DNA of 64,000 nt from an uncultured Bacteroidales bacterium (GCA_905233625.1 CAJOFJ010000011.1:13378-77377); one strand, 5' to 3'. Numbered from the stretch's first letter, positions 1 through 9,656 are shown. Notes: a model not told the origin generated them from the sequence alone. Numbers and translations are program-made.

Positions 1-357
1 GAAAATGTAAAACAACTAGAGACACATCCATTGCGGGGTGCCATTTTCGAGAATCTAGTGGTGTCCGAATTTATGAAGTCACGCCTTAACAAGGGGAAAA
101 TGCCTAATTCCTATTTCTATCGAGACAGCCGAGGAACAGAAATTGATCTTGTGCAAGTTGTAGCTAATAATTTGCATTTCTATGAAGTCAAGTCATCACA
201 GACTTTCAATGCAAAATTCTTCGATAATATTAAAAAAGTGTCGAAACTATTCGGAGATCAGGTTACAAAAACTGCTGTCATTTATGATGGGGAGGAAACA
301 ATGCATTCACAATTAAATGGCATATACAACTTTCGTCAGTTCCCATTCGACAAGTAA
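1..357 (+). CDS. AAA+ ATPase, DUF4143-type C-terminal fragment (5' end outside window)
   Basis: Frame 1 is open from base 1 to TAA 355-357. The tail RDSRGTEIDLV...HFYEVKSS resembles the D...E-x-K nuclease-like module of DUF4143 ATPases. Confidence 0.55.
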   Translation, partial: ENVKQLETHPLRGAIFENLVVSEFMKSRLNKGKMPNSYFYRDSRGTEIDLVQVVANNLHFYEVKSSQTFNAKFFDNIKKVSKLFGDQVTKTAVIYDGEETMHSQLNGIYNFRQFPFDK

Positions 358-406
358 TTTTATCATACAAAAAAACGTTACTTATAAAATTTTCGCAGAT
401 TTTGTG

Positions 407-414
407 TAAATTTG
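407..414 (+). promoter_or_regulatory. Bacteroidetes -7 promoter box TAaaTTTG upstream of uvrA
   Basis: Exact match to TAnnTTTG, 21 nt before ATG 435. Confidence 0.4.
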
Positions 415-434
415 CATTTTTAAAATTGAACGCA

Positions 435-3290
435 ATGAAAAATCAGGAATATAAGGAAGATGAGCTGGTTATCACCGGTGCGAGGGTCAACAACCTGAAA
501 AATATCTCCCTTACGATTCCACAGCACCAGCTTACAGTGATCACCGGACTGAGTGGCAGCGGCAAGTCGTCGTTGGCTTTCGACACGATTTTTGCGGAGG
601 GACAGCGCCGTTATATGGAGACTTTCTCCTCCTACGCTCGACAGTTCATCGGCAACCTGGAACACCCCGATGTGGACAAGATCACCGGACTGAACCCTGT
701 GATTTCCATCGAGCAGAAAACGGTCAACAAAAACCCCCGCTCTACCGTCGGCACCATCACCGAAGTGTATGACTTCCTGCGATTGCTGTATGCCCGTGTG
801 GCCGATGCCTACTCCTACAACACCGGTGAAAAGATGGTGCGCTACTCGGAAAAAGAACTGATAGACCTTATCCTGAACAAATTTTCGGGCAAAGATATCA
901 CTTTAATGGCTCCTTTGGTGAAAGGACGTAAAGGCCATTACAAAGAGCTGTTCGAAACCATCCGCAAGCAGGGCTTCGTCAAATGCCGTATCGACGGGGT
1001 AATCCAAAGCGTGGAATTCAACATGCAACTCAACCGCTACCAGATTCATGACATCGACCTGGTAATCGACCATCTGGTGGTACGAGAAAGCTCAAAACAA
1101 CGACTGGTCAACAGTCTGCGGCAAGCCTTGAAACACGGCAAAGGCGTGATCATACTGCTGGACAACGAAAGCGGCGAAAATTTCAACTACAGCAAATTCC
1201 TGATGTGCCCTACCACAGGCATTTCCTATCCGGAGCCAGAACCGAACACCTTCTCGTTCAACTCTCCCTACGGTGCCTGCCCCAAGTGCAACGGGCTGGG
1301 CTATATCACAGAGTTAGAGATGTCACGCATCATCCCCGACCCATCCATGTCTATCAAGGCCGGAGGTATCGCTCCCATCGGGGCATACAAGAACACCCCT
1401 ATTTTCAAACAGCTGGAAGCCATTGCCGAAAAATACGAATTCTCGCTCTCCGACCCTATTTCGAGCATCCCTGAGCAAGTGATGGACAAGATTCTGTACG
1501 GCATGAACGACCCACTGTATGTCAAACGCGATGTGTCGGGACTGTCGCCCATGAAAGTGCGCTTTGAAGGGGTGGTGAGTTTCCTGCGCAATATTGACTA
1601 CGAAACGGCTCCCGCCTCTATCCGCAAGTGGGTCAACCAGTTCATCGGCGAGAAAGAATGTCCCGAATGTCATGGCAGCCGTCTGAAAAAAGAAGCCAGC
1701 TATTTCAAAATCGGGGACAAAAGCATCAGCGACCTGGCCCAGATGGACATTGACGAGCTGGCCCGCTGGATTGACCAGTGCCCTTCTTTTCTGGATGAAA
1801 GAAAGAACACCATCGCCTACGAGTTGCTCCGGGAAATCCGCCTGAGACTGAAGTTCCTGTGCGATGTGGGCATTTCCTACCTGTCGCTGAACCGCTCCTC
1901 GCAGAGCCTGTCCGGCGGCGAGGCGCAGCGCATCCGACTGGCCACACAAATCAGCTCGCAACTGGTGAATGTGCTTTATATTCTGGATGAGCCCAGCATC
2001 GGCCTGCATCAGAGGGACAACCACCGACTGATCAACTCGCTGAAGCAGCTTCGCAATATCGGCAACACTGTCATTGTGGTGGAGCACGACCGCGACATGA
2101 TGGAAGCCGCGGACTATATTGTGGATATCGGGCCTTATGCAGGCGAGCATGGCGGGCAATTGATGGCCGCCGGCTCCTATTCCGAAATCCTGAAAGCCAA
2201 TTCACTGACCGCCGATTATCTGAACGGCAAGAAAAAAATACAAATTCCCGCCAAGCGCCGCAAAGGCAATGGCGAAAAGCTGACTATTGTCGGGGCCAGC
2301 GGCAACAACCTGAAGAATGTCACCGTCGATTTTCCGCTGTCCACCCTGATTTGCGTAACCGGTGTTTCTGGCAGTGGCAAGTCCTCACTGATTACCGACA
2401 CCCTCTACCCCATTCTCAACCATCACTTCTATCGCTCCGACCGCAAACCACTGCCCTACAAAGAGATACTCGGTCTGAACCATATCGACAAGGTGATTGA
2501 AATCAACCAGCAGCCCATTGGCCGTACCCCTCGTTCCAACCCTGCCACCTATGTCGGTGTATTCGACGATATCCGCCAGCTGTACGCCAACCTGCAGGAG
2601 TCCAAAATCAGGGGCTATAAATCGGGACGTTTCTCATTCAATGTGTCCGGGGGCCGCTGCGAGGAATGCAAGGGTGCGGGCATGAAAGTCATCGAAATGA
2701 ACTTCCTGCCGGATATCTACGTCAAATGCGATGCCTGCAACGGCAAACGCTACAATGATGAGACCCTTGAGATACGCTACCGGGGAAAATCCATCAGCGA
2801 CGTGCTGGAAATGGACATTGAGCAAGCTTTGGAATTCTTCGACAAAATCCCATCCATCTTACAGAAAATCAAAACCTTGAATGATGTAGGTTTGGGTTAT
2901 CTGCGTTTGGGACAGTCGTCCACCACCCTCTCCGGCGGCGAGGCCCAGCGTGTGAAATTGGCCACCGAGTTGTCCAAGAAAGACACCGGCAAGACGCTAT
3001 ACATTCTGGACGAGCCCACCACCGGACTCCATTTTCAGGACATTTCCATCCTGATGGACGTGCTGAACCAGCTGGTGGACAAAGGCAACACAGTGGTAGT
3101 CATTGAGCACAATATGGATGTCATCAAGATGGCGGACTATATTATCGACATGGGACCTGAAGGCGGCCGTGAAGGCGGAGTGATTGTGGCCAAAGGCACC
3201 CCCGAACAGCTCATGGCCAAAGGCGTAGGTTACACCGCACATTATCTGAAGGAATACATTGAGAAAGAAGCTATGGGCTATGAGCTATGA
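435..3290 (+). CDS. uvrA: Excinuclease ABC subunit A
   Basis: Two ABC ATPase modules ([22 protein letters not shown]; LSGGEAQR twice) and Zn-finger CxxC pairs. ATG 435 is preferred to the upstream TTG 402 in the ORF track. The last ~7 codons run into a heptamer repeat array. Confidence 0.95.
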   Translation: MKNQEYKEDELVITGARVNNLKNISLTIPQHQLTVITGLSGSGKSSLAFDTIFAEGQRRYMETFSSYARQFIGNLEHPDVDKITGLNPVISIEQKTVNKNPRSTVGTITEVYDFLRLLYARVADAYSYNTGEKMVRYSEKELIDLILNKFSGKDITLMAPLVKGRKGHYKELFETIRKQGFVKCRIDGVIQSVEFNMQLNRYQIHDIDLVIDHLVVRESSKQRLVNSLRQALKHGKGVIILLDNESGENFNYSKFLMCPTTGISYPEPEPNTFSFNSPYGACPKCNGLGYITELEMSRIIPDPSMSIKAGGIAPIGAYKNTPIFKQLEAIAEKYEFSLSDPISSIPEQVMDKILYGMNDPLYVKRDVSGLSPMKVRFEGVVSFLRNIDYETAPASIRKWVNQFIGEKECPECHGSRLKKEASYFKIGDKSISDLAQMDIDELARWIDQCPSFLDERKNTIAYELLREIRLRLKFLCDVGISYLSLNRSSQSLSGGEAQRIRLATQISSQLVNVLYILDEPSIGLHQRDNHRLINSLKQLRNIGNTVIVVEHDRDMMEAADYIVDIGPYAGEHGGQLMAAGSYSEILKANSLTADYLNGKKKIQIPAKRRKGNGEKLTIVGASGNNLKNVTVDFPLSTLICVTGVSGSGKSSLITDTLYPILNHHFYRSDRKPLPYKEILGLNHIDKVIEINQQPIGRTPRSNPATYVGVFDDIRQLYANLQESKIRGYKSGRFSFNVSGGRCEECKGAGMKVIEMNFLPDIYVKCDACNGKRYNDETLEIRYRGKSISDVLEMDIEQALEFFDKIPSILQKIKTLNDVGLGYLRLGQSSTTLSGGEAQRVKLATELSKKDTGKTLYILDEPTTGLHFQDISILMDVLNQLVDKGNTVVVIEHNMDVIKMADYIIDMGPEGGREGGVIVAKGTPEQLMAKGVGYTAHYLKEYIEKEAMGYEL

Positions 3291-3332
3291 GCTATGGGCT
3301 ATGAGCTAAGAATTAAGAACTAAGAACTAAGA
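3270..3332. repeat. 7-bp word tandem array (GCTATGR x5, then ACTAAGA-type x4)
   Basis: Read directly: gctatgg gctatga gctatga gctatgg gctatga gctaaga attaaga actaaga actaaga. It overlaps the uvrA stop. Confidence 0.85.
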
Positions 3333-3387
3333 CGTTGGAAGTATCGAAATTATACCTAACAACCTCGAAGAGGTGAAATTTCAATAA

Positions 3388-3544
3388 CCCCACATAAGGC
3401 CGAAGGCCGCAATGTGGGGATCGGCAAATCAAAGAAAACCACATAAGGCCGAAGGCCGCAAAACCACATAAGGCCGAAGGCCGCAGTGTGGGGATTGGCA
3501 AATCAAAGAAAACCACATAAGGCCGAAGGCCGCAGTGTGGGGGA
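3388..3544. repeat. Four REP-like hairpin units CCACATAAGGCCGAAGGCCGCA(R)TGTGGGG
   Basis: Units at about 3388-3420, 3439-3463, 3464-3494 and 3513-3544. Outer stem is CCCACAT/ATGTGGG and inner stem is GGCC-GAA-GGCC. Two copies are embedded in a ~75-bp direct repeat (ggcaaatcaaagaaaa linker). Confidence 0.8.
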
Positions 3545-3570
3545 TATAAATAAATCAAAAATCAACAGCT

Positions 3571-4698
3571 ATGAAACCGATACAAATGGTTGACCTGAAG
3601 AGTCAATACCACAAAATCAAAGAGGAAATCGACAGCCGCGTGCTCAATGTCATCGAATCATCCGCTTATATCAACGGTCCTGCCGTCAAGGATTTCCAGC
3701 AACACCTGGAAGAGTACCTGCATGTGAAGCATGTGATTCCCTGCGGCAACGGCACCGACGCCCTCTTGGTGGCCATGATGGCGCTGGACCTGAAACCCGG
3801 CGACGAGGTGATTTCCACCCCCTTCACTTTCATCGCCACCGTTGAAGTTATCGGTCTTCTAGGACTGACCCCCGTTTTCGTGGATGTGGAGGAAGACACC
3901 TTCAACATGGATGTGAGACAGCTGGAAGCGGCTATCACGCCCAAAACCAAAGCCATTGTGCCGGTTCATCTGTTTGGACAGTGCTGCAACATGCAGGAAA
4001 TCCTCAAAATTGCCAACAAACATGGTGTGGCGGTCATCGAGGACAACTGCCAGGCCATCGGCGCCGAGGTGATGATTGACAACTATCCCTTGCAGAAAAG
4101 CGGCACGCTGGGCACTATCGGCTGCACCTCTTTCTTCCCCTCCAAAAATCTGGGTTGTTACGGTGACGGCGGTGCTTTGTTCACCAACGACGACGCCTTG
4201 GATGAAAAGATCAGAGGTATTGTGAACCACGGTATGTTCACCCGCTACTATCACGACATGATTGGCGTCAACTCACGCCTCGACTCCATCCAGGCCGCCA
4301 TTCTGGATGTGAAACTGAAATACTTGGACGAATATATCGCTGCCCGTCAGCAGGCTGCCCTGTATTACAACAAGGCCTTCGCCAACCATCCCAATATAGT
4401 CACCCCTGCCACAGCCAGCTATAGCACCCACGTTTTCCATCAATACACTTTGAAGCTGAAGAATGTGGACCGCTACCGCCTGATTGAGCACATGAAAGAG
4501 TTGGGTGTTCCCGTGATGATATACTATCCCGTTCCTTTGCATTTGCAGAAAGCCTTCGCCCACCTGGGTTATCACAAAGGCGACTTCCCCGTGACCGAGG
4601 CGCTGTGCGACTGCGTGGTCTCCCTGCCTATGCACACCGAATTGGATGAGGAGCAGCTGCACTACATCACCGAGAACTTCATAAAATTCGTTAATTAG
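3571..4698 (+). CDS. DegT/DnrJ/EryC1/StrS-family PLP sugar aminotransferase
   Basis: N-terminus VDLKSQY...I..VI.SSAYINGP, GTDAL, and FFPSKNLGCYGDGG (PLP-lysine region) are typical of the family. Confidence 0.9.
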   Translation: MKPIQMVDLKSQYHKIKEEIDSRVLNVIESSAYINGPAVKDFQQHLEEYLHVKHVIPCGNGTDALLVAMMALDLKPGDEVISTPFTFIATVEVIGLLGLTPVFVDVEEDTFNMDVRQLEAAITPKTKAIVPVHLFGQCCNMQEILKIANKHGVAVIEDNCQAIGAEVMIDNYPLQKSGTLGTIGCTSFFPSKNLGCYGDGGALFTNDDALDEKIRGIVNHGMFTRYYHDMIGVNSRLDSIQAAILDVKLKYLDEYIAARQQAALYYNKAFANHPNIVTPATASYSTHVFHQYTLKLKNVDRYRLIEHMKELGVPVMIYYPVPLHLQKAFAHLGYHKGDFPVTEALCDCVVSLPMHTELDEEQLHYITENFIKFVN

Positions 4699-4715
4699 CA
4701 AATGTGCTGATTAAT

Positions 4716-4793
4716 GAATTCAAAATTCAAAGTTCAAAATTCAATTATACTTTGTTCATCATTTTGGATTCTGAATTCTGAATTTTGAATTAA
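4716..4793. terminator. Inverted pair of GAATTCA-type word arrays (long hairpin) between convergent genes
   Basis: Left arm gaattcaaaattcaaagttcaaaattcaa and right arm ttggattctgaattctgaattttgaattaa are largely complementary. The pair lies between DegT (+) and the DUF2007 gene (-). Confidence 0.5.
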
Positions 4794-4796
4794 AAA

Positions 4797-5012
4797 TTAC
4801 AGTTCCATTTTCGCAATCAGTTCCTGAGCCCTAGCCAAATCCTCCTCATTCACCATAAGGCGGATGCCGCCCAAACCAATAGTGAAACCCTGGACCTGTG
4901 CCGCGGTTTCATCCAAAATCATGGATTCGATGCCCTCTTCTTCCAGAAGGGATTGTGCGATGTGCGCTTTGCTGGCGGAATAAAATGTTTCCGCAATGGC
5001 TAAATCTTTCAT
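4797..5012 (-). CDS. DUF2007-like small protein (putative signal-transducing protein)
   Basis: MKDLAIAETFYSASKAHIAQSLLEEEGIES... Internal ATG (cat 5010-5012) chosen because the N-terminal 46 aa of the ORF-track version look non-coding. TActTTTG box on the minus strand at 5056-5063. Confidence 0.55.
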   Translation of the reverse strand: MKDLAIAETFYSASKAHIAQSLLEEEGIESMILDETAAQVQGFTIGLGGIRLMVNEEDLARAQELIAKMEL

Positions 5013-5093
5013 GGTACGTTGTTTTTTGGGTTTTACATGATTACAGAATCTTTTGCAAAAGTAAACATTTTTTCTGAAATTCGATTTTATTCG

Positions 5094-5101
5094 TATATTT
5101 G
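5094..5101 (+). promoter_or_regulatory. -7 promoter box TAtaTTTG upstream of the 5150 membrane-gene trio
   Basis: Exact TAnnTTTG match, 49 nt before ATG 5150. Confidence 0.4.
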
Positions 5102-5149
5102 CCATCAGAAAAATTTGAATTTCTGAAACTGACAAACAACTAACAGACA

Positions 5150-5668
5150 ATGACTAAACGAATCAGACAATATGTGGGCATTTTAACCGCTTTGGTGATG
5201 TATTACGTTGTTCACGAAGGGGCGCACCTGCTGTACGCCCTCACTCACGGGGTGTTCAAGCAAGTGAACTTCACGGCGCTGGGAGTACAGATTGACATTT
5301 TCCGTGACCAGATGACTGATGCGCAGTTAGGTTGGTTCTGTCTGGCGGGACCTATAGCCACCTTTGTGGCCGCTTGGCTGATGGTGCTACTCAGCCAACG
5401 CCTCTGCACCACTTTTGGCACGAAGTCCACAAAGTCTTCGCCCCTGTTTTTAGCCTGCTGTTGGTACACCTCCATCATCCTGCTCCTGCTCGACCCGCTG
5501 TACTTGTCCGTTCTTTATCGCTTTGTCGGTGGCGGCGACATGAACGGCATCCGTCTGCTGATGCCAGAGACCATCGCCTGCGTCATCTTCGGCCTCCTTT
5601 TCGTACTACACATTCTAGTATTATGGAAGTTGCTATTGCCTAAGTATAAAAAAGCATTTGAGGAATAA
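5150..5668 (+). CDS. Small polytopic membrane protein with an HExxH motif in TM1 (site-2-protease-like?)
   Basis: VVHEGAHLLY lies in the first hydrophobic segment, LAGPIATF in a later one, and a GGGDMNG loop follows. There are 4-5 predicted TM segments. Confidence 0.45.
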   Translation: MTKRIRQYVGILTALVMYYVVHEGAHLLYALTHGVFKQVNFTALGVQIDIFRDQMTDAQLGWFCLAGPIATFVAAWLMVLLSQRLCTTFGTKSTKSSPLFLACCWYTSIILLLLDPLYLSVLYRFVGGGDMNGIRLLMPETIACVIFGLLFVLHILVLWKLLLPKYKKAFEE

Positions 5669-5670
5669 TT

Positions 5671-6168
5671 ATGAACTGGACCATCATTATTATCGAAACG
5701 ATTGTTATGACCGCCGCATTCATGGCCATGATATTGATTCCGCTTGTAAAGAACCCTGTGTGGTGGATTCACGACTATCCAGAAGACATACAAGAAGAAT
5801 ACTTCAAAACGCACGAACGCATACCGTCAAAGTTTTTCACCAAGACCGTACTGCTCAAGAAAGGCTTTGCGCTACTCGTCACCCTTGCCGTGATGCTCGG
5901 ACTGATGAAGCTGGCTGGTGCCTACAATTTCTGGTCGGCCTTCGCACTGAGCTACGGCATCTGGCTCGTCATCGACTGGTATGACTGCTTCTTCCTCGAC
6001 TGGGTACTCTTCGCCAATATGAAGTCCGTGCGCCTGCCCGGCACCGAACACATGGACGCAGCCTACCATCAAAAGAAGTACCACTTCGTGCAATCCCTTT
6101 GGGGTATGCTCATCGGGCTAATTCCGTGCCTAATTGGCGCTGGAATTTATGCATGGCTGTTTTGTTAA
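5671..6168 (+). CDS. Hypothetical polytopic membrane protein
   Basis: ORF starts 3 nt after the previous stop. Several hydrophobic segments. No recognised motif. Confidence 0.45.
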   Translation: MNWTIIIIETIVMTAAFMAMILIPLVKNPVWWIHDYPEDIQEEYFKTHERIPSKFFTKTVLLKKGFALLVTLAVMLGLMKLAGAYNFWSAFALSYGIWLVIDWYDCFFLDWVLFANMKSVRLPGTEHMDAAYHQKKYHFVQSLWGMLIGLIPCLIGAGIYAWLFC

Positions 6169-6180
6169 AAATCCTGCTGT

Positions 6181-6585
6181 ATGATCAAACTCGAAAAAAT
6201 CCTGACCCTTTTCATCGGCATTGGCGCAGTAGCTGGTGCCGTGATGATGTGGACTGACCCTACGGGCGTAGCGTGGGGCGGCGAGCCATTGTTAGAGCTG
6301 TTGCGGGCGAAGATGCCTTGGCCGGACATCTTCTTCCAGAACTTCATCCCATCGGGCTTTGTGTTGCTTATCCTGAACGGAATCACCCAATTTATAGCGG
6401 CATTTCTGCTCTTTAAGAAGCATCCTCTCGCACAATGGACTGTCCTCGCTTGCGGTATCATCCTGATGCTCTGGATTGTCCTCGAATGGTGTGTTTGGGG
6501 CTTCAACGCCATCAGTAACATCTATTTTGTGTTCGGGTTGGCAGAGGCTGTGGTGGCGATTATATGTTTAAGGTTAAAGGTTTAA
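6181..6585 (+). CDS. Hypothetical polytopic membrane protein
   Basis: Four hydrophobic segments, 12 nt after the previous gene. The 3' end runs into a GTTTAAT-type heptamer array. Confidence 0.45.
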   Translation: MIKLEKILTLFIGIGAVAGAVMMWTDPTGVAWGGEPLLELLRAKMPWPDIFFQNFIPSGFVLLILNGITQFIAAFLLFKKHPLAQWTVLACGIILMLWIVLEWCVWGFNAISNIYFVFGLAEAVVAIICLRLKV

Positions 6586-6612
6586 TGTTTAATGTTTAGG
6601 GTTTAGAGTTTA
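6566..6612. repeat. 7-bp word tandem array (GTTTAAT / GTTTAGG type)
   Basis: gtttaat gtttaat gtttagg gtttaga gttta, read directly. Confidence 0.75.
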
Positions 6613-6630
6613 TGCGATAGGCACATTAGC

Positions 6631-6765
6631 TTAATTTGACGTGCTTATTGTTTCACTCTCCACTTTCAACTTTTCCAATTCCTCGTCGAATTCTTTTAAT
6701 GTTGACAGCTTGTCGGGGTTGATGGGCTCTGAATAAAATTCGCTGAAATCAGGGGCTTTATTCAT
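6631..6765 (-). CDS. Possible 44-aa acidic small protein
   Basis: ATG (cat 6763-6765) lies 12 nt after the upstream stop and is preceded by GGAG. Product is MNKAPDFSEFYSEPINPDKLSTLKEFDEELEKLKVESETISTSN. Below the ORF-track length cut-off and with no homology evidence. Confidence 0.25.
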   Translation of the reverse strand: MNKAPDFSEFYSEPINPDKLSTLKEFDEELEKLKVESETISTSN

Positions 6766-6777
6766 GTTTAATGCTCC

Positions 6778-7427
6778 TTATTCGCGGGCATCGGTATATT
6801 CCATCACCTCCTGTTCCGTTATGCCGATAGCTTCCATATTGTACCGATTGTGGTAACGCATGGTAGCGGCCATGTAAGAGAGCCATGCCCTCCAATAGTG
6901 GATGCCTTTGAGCGTATGCCGTACTTTCTCGGAACGTATGCATTTTATGGGTATGGTACTGCCCTCGTATTCCTCCGGGTGGTCTTTGATGTCGCGTATA
7001 GTTCTTTCCACCTCAGTTACCCAATTGTTCCATCGCTCCTCGGTCATGTTCATGGCTGAAAAACACTGCCCAACCCTGTCAATGAATTGCACATTCCCCA
7101 TGTTTCAATATTGTTAGAGAAAATACTTTCCGCCGATTTATCGTACGTCAGAAACAGCAAATTGGAGGCTTGGGATAACAGCATATCCAGTTCTTCATCG
7201 GGCAAGAGTTCAAGTTCTTCAACGGGTTTGCTGAGTAACCATGTGGCCACACTGTCGGTGGAAGCCATGTATTCTGAGATTTCCTCCAAGTTTCGGGAGA
7301 ATTTCTCGATATTGCTCATCACCATCATAGCTGAGAGACGGCGATCCTTGGCGCGGTGGTGGTTCTCCAACAGCTGGGCTGCCGCGATAGTAAACAACAA
7401 GGAGATGGTAGTTGCGATGACAATCAT
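6778..7427 (-). pseudogene. Hypothetical N-terminally anchored protein split by a frameshift at a G4/C4 run
   Basis: ORFs 7050-7427 and 6778-7101 overlap. One reads ...NNIETWG|MCNS and the other MG|NVQFIDRV. Adding one G at the C-run 7096-7099 would fuse them into a ~231-aa protein. Confidence 0.45.
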
Positions 7428-7590
7428 GACAATCTGTCTTCAGAATCCGCCTTTTAAGACGTTCATATTAACTTTTGGTGGCCTGATGGGGATTTTCATA
7501 TTCGTAATTAAATTTATCAGGGGAAAAATACAACATTTTGGAACATTAACGATTATAACAGCACATCGTCCATCAATTCCTCACCTATTA

Positions 7591-9366
7591 TCAAACACGA
7601 GGCTTGGCATAATGGACGGCAAGCATGGTAAGGTCGTCGCTCTGTTCTCTGTGACCCACAAAAGAGTGTACCTCCTGAAGAATATTTTCAATCAAGGGAC
7701 GCGGAGTAATATCCGATTGAGCAAGAGTCCTCATCATGCGCTCTTCACCAAACTGTTCGAGAGTAGCGTTCTCCGCTTCAACAAGACCATCGGTATAAAG
7801 GAAGAGTGTCTGACCGGGCTTGAGGGTGATGTATTGGATATTGTACTGCCAATTGGGCATGATGCCTACAGGGACATTGGCATCCATCTCGATGGTGGTA
7901 GGCTCTCCACCCAGCACCACAGGGGCACAGTGACCGGCGTTGCTGTATTCCATTTTGCCATTATGAAGATCCAAAACACCGATAAAAAGGGTGACAAACA
8001 GCATGTTTTCATTCATTTCCGACATGGCGCTGTTGATTTGCGACATAATTTCACCAGGATTATTGGTACGGGCAGAAATTGAGCGGAAAAGACTACGGGT
8101 AACTGCCATCATCAGTGAGGCGGGAACCCCCTTGCCGCTAACATCACCTATGCAGAAGAATAATTTGTAGTCGCGCACATAAAAGTCGTATAGGTCGCCC
8201 CCGACCTCCTTGGCAGAAGAGAGGGAGCCGTATAACACAAGTTCATCGAGGTCGGGATAAGGCGGGAAGGTCTTAGGAAGCATACCATTCTGGATGTTGC
8301 TGGCAATGCGCAGCTCGCTGCCGATACGCTCTTTCTCGGCACTGACAACCTCCAAACGCTTGAATCCTCTAATAGTACGCCACATGATATACACCATGAG
8401 GGCCAAGCCAAAAAGCATCAGAATCCCAAGCTTTAAGGCGATGCTACGCAGCCCCTTGTAAATTTCTCGGTCAGGGAACAGGATGGCCATCGACCAGCCG
8501 GTTTTTCCTCCTACAGGAGAATAATACATATAGGCCATTTCGCCGTCGTTGTTCTTCACCTCGACTTTGCCGCTTTCACCGGCAAGCATAGCTCTGCTCA
8601 CCGACTTTACCGTAGAGTCTTGATACTCAATTTCAGCATCGTCAAGGGTGTAGTTCATGATCATCGACTTGTCGGGACAAGCCAGGATACGGCCCTCACG
8701 GCTGACGATAAAAGAATAAAATTGTGTGTCCTGTTCCGTCAGGAACTCGTCGGTCAACCAGTTGAGCGAAACATCGGCACCGAAGACAGCCACCACTTCG
8801 CCTTTCGAATTGCGGACAGGAAAAGTGTAGGTACAAATCACACCATGTGCACCCTCATTGTCAATATAAGGTTCAGTCCATCGCCCATTATCAGCCTCCA
8901 AGCCCTCTTGATACCATGCCATATTGAAATAATTGTGCGTAGAATCGGCAATCTGCATGTGAGCCAACGAGCCATTGGTATCGTGCAAAACATAAGGCTC
9001 ATACCAGCGTCCTTTATCAGGAAAGTAATAAGGTTCGAAAGCTAAAGCACAGCCTTGGACATCGGGATTGCTTGTAACAAATTCATCCATAATGGAGTAT
9101 ATGCTCTCCGGCCGTTCAACCGCCCATTCCAGCATTTTGTCGATATTGTCCACCGCCGACTCCACACGCGACGCCATCTGCTGTATCTTGAGGCTTTTCA
9201 ACTCCATCTCCGACTGGGCACGCACGTCCACTTCCTTGCGAATTCCATTGCGGGAATAGTAAAACTGCACTACCCCGCTCACTTGTATCATCACCGCTGC
9301 GATGATAAGCATAGCCAAGCTGCTGCGTGCATGTAACGACTGCCACCAATTTCCTTTCTTTTTCAT
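7591..9366 (-). CDS. Membrane sensor PP2C/SpoIIE-family serine phosphatase with a periplasmic Cache-like domain
   Basis: N-terminal TM, ~270-aa extracytoplasmic region, second TM, then GGDLYDF...GDVSGKGVPASLMMA...TDGLVEA...DDLT (SpoIIE/PP2C motifs). Confidence 0.85.
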   Translation of the reverse strand: MKKKGNWWQSLHARSSLAMLIIAAVMIQVSGVVQFYYSRNGIRKEVDVRAQSEMELKSLKIQQMASRVESAVDNIDKMLEWAVERPESIYSIMDEFVTSNPDVQGCALAFEPYYFPDKGRWYEPYVLHDTNGSLAHMQIADSTHNYFNMAWYQEGLEADNGRWTEPYIDNEGAHGVICTYTFPVRNSKGEVVAVFGADVSLNWLTDEFLTEQDTQFYSFIVSREGRILACPDKSMIMNYTLDDAEIEYQDSTVKSVSRAMLAGESGKVEVKNNDGEMAYMYYSPVGGKTGWSMAILFPDREIYKGLRSIALKLGILMLFGLALMVYIMWRTIRGFKRLEVVSAEKERIGSELRIASNIQNGMLPKTFPPYPDLDELVLYGSLSSAKEVGGDLYDFYVRDYKLFFCIGDVSGKGVPASLMMAVTRSLFRSISARTNNPGEIMSQINSAMSEMNENMLFVTLFIGVLDLHNGKMEYSNAGHCAPVVLGGEPTTIEMDANVPVGIMPNWQYNIQYITLKPGQTLFLYTDGLVEAENATLEQFGEERMMRTLAQSDITPRPLIENILQEVHSFVGHREQSDDLTMLAVHYAKPRV

Positions 9367-9597
9367 ATCGCGTAATATTAGTAACTTAAAATCTGCAAGT
9401 TATAGACCATCAACTTTTCACTTGCCAGAAAAAATCCATGATATCATTTTGATGATGCAAAGGTACATAATTAACGTGAATCTATCATTATTTTAGGAAG
9501 AATTTTTCAGAATATTTTAGTTTCCATGCCTTAGACTTTCCACAAAACCGTCTAAAAATTTTTCTGAAAATTGAAAACACATATCAAAAGAAGATTG

Positions 9598-9605
9598 TAT
9601 TTTTG
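9598..9605 (+). promoter_or_regulatory. -7 promoter box TAttTTTG
   Basis: Exact TAnnTTTG match, 52 nt before ATG 9657. Confidence 0.4.
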
Positions 9606-9656
9606 CAGTAGATTTTCCTAGAGACAATTAGAGTTTGAAAATAATAAACAAAGACT

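Noticed and set aside
402-434. TTG start giving uvrA an extra 11 residues (MCKFAFLKLNA).
   Set aside because: The extension would overlap the TAaaTTTG promoter box at 407-414. ATG 435 gives the canonical UvrA N-terminus.
1323-2159. 278-aa antisense ORF inside uvrA. Similar long antisense ORFs occur at 7087-8082, 16272-17282, 18375-19049, 23745-24380, 32766-33524, 38363-39004, 41907-42827, 43251-44297 and 58218-58889.
   Set aside because: Each is fully embedded opposite a gene with strong family motifs. Their translations are low-complexity (His/Arg/Gln/Val-rich) with no recognisable motif. These are typical shadow ORFs.
3388-3544. Possible CRISPR array (regularly spaced ~30-bp palindromic repeats).
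   Set aside because: There are only four units. Two are directly abutting, and the two spacers are the same 18-nt sequence (ggcaaatcaaagaaaa type). There are no cas genes, and related hairpins occur singly elsewhere.
3313-3558. 81-aa minus-strand ORF (…PHCGLRPYVV… repeated).
   Set aside because: It is simply the translation of the four REP-like hairpin units. The periodic amino-acid repeats mirror the DNA repeats, and there is no start context.
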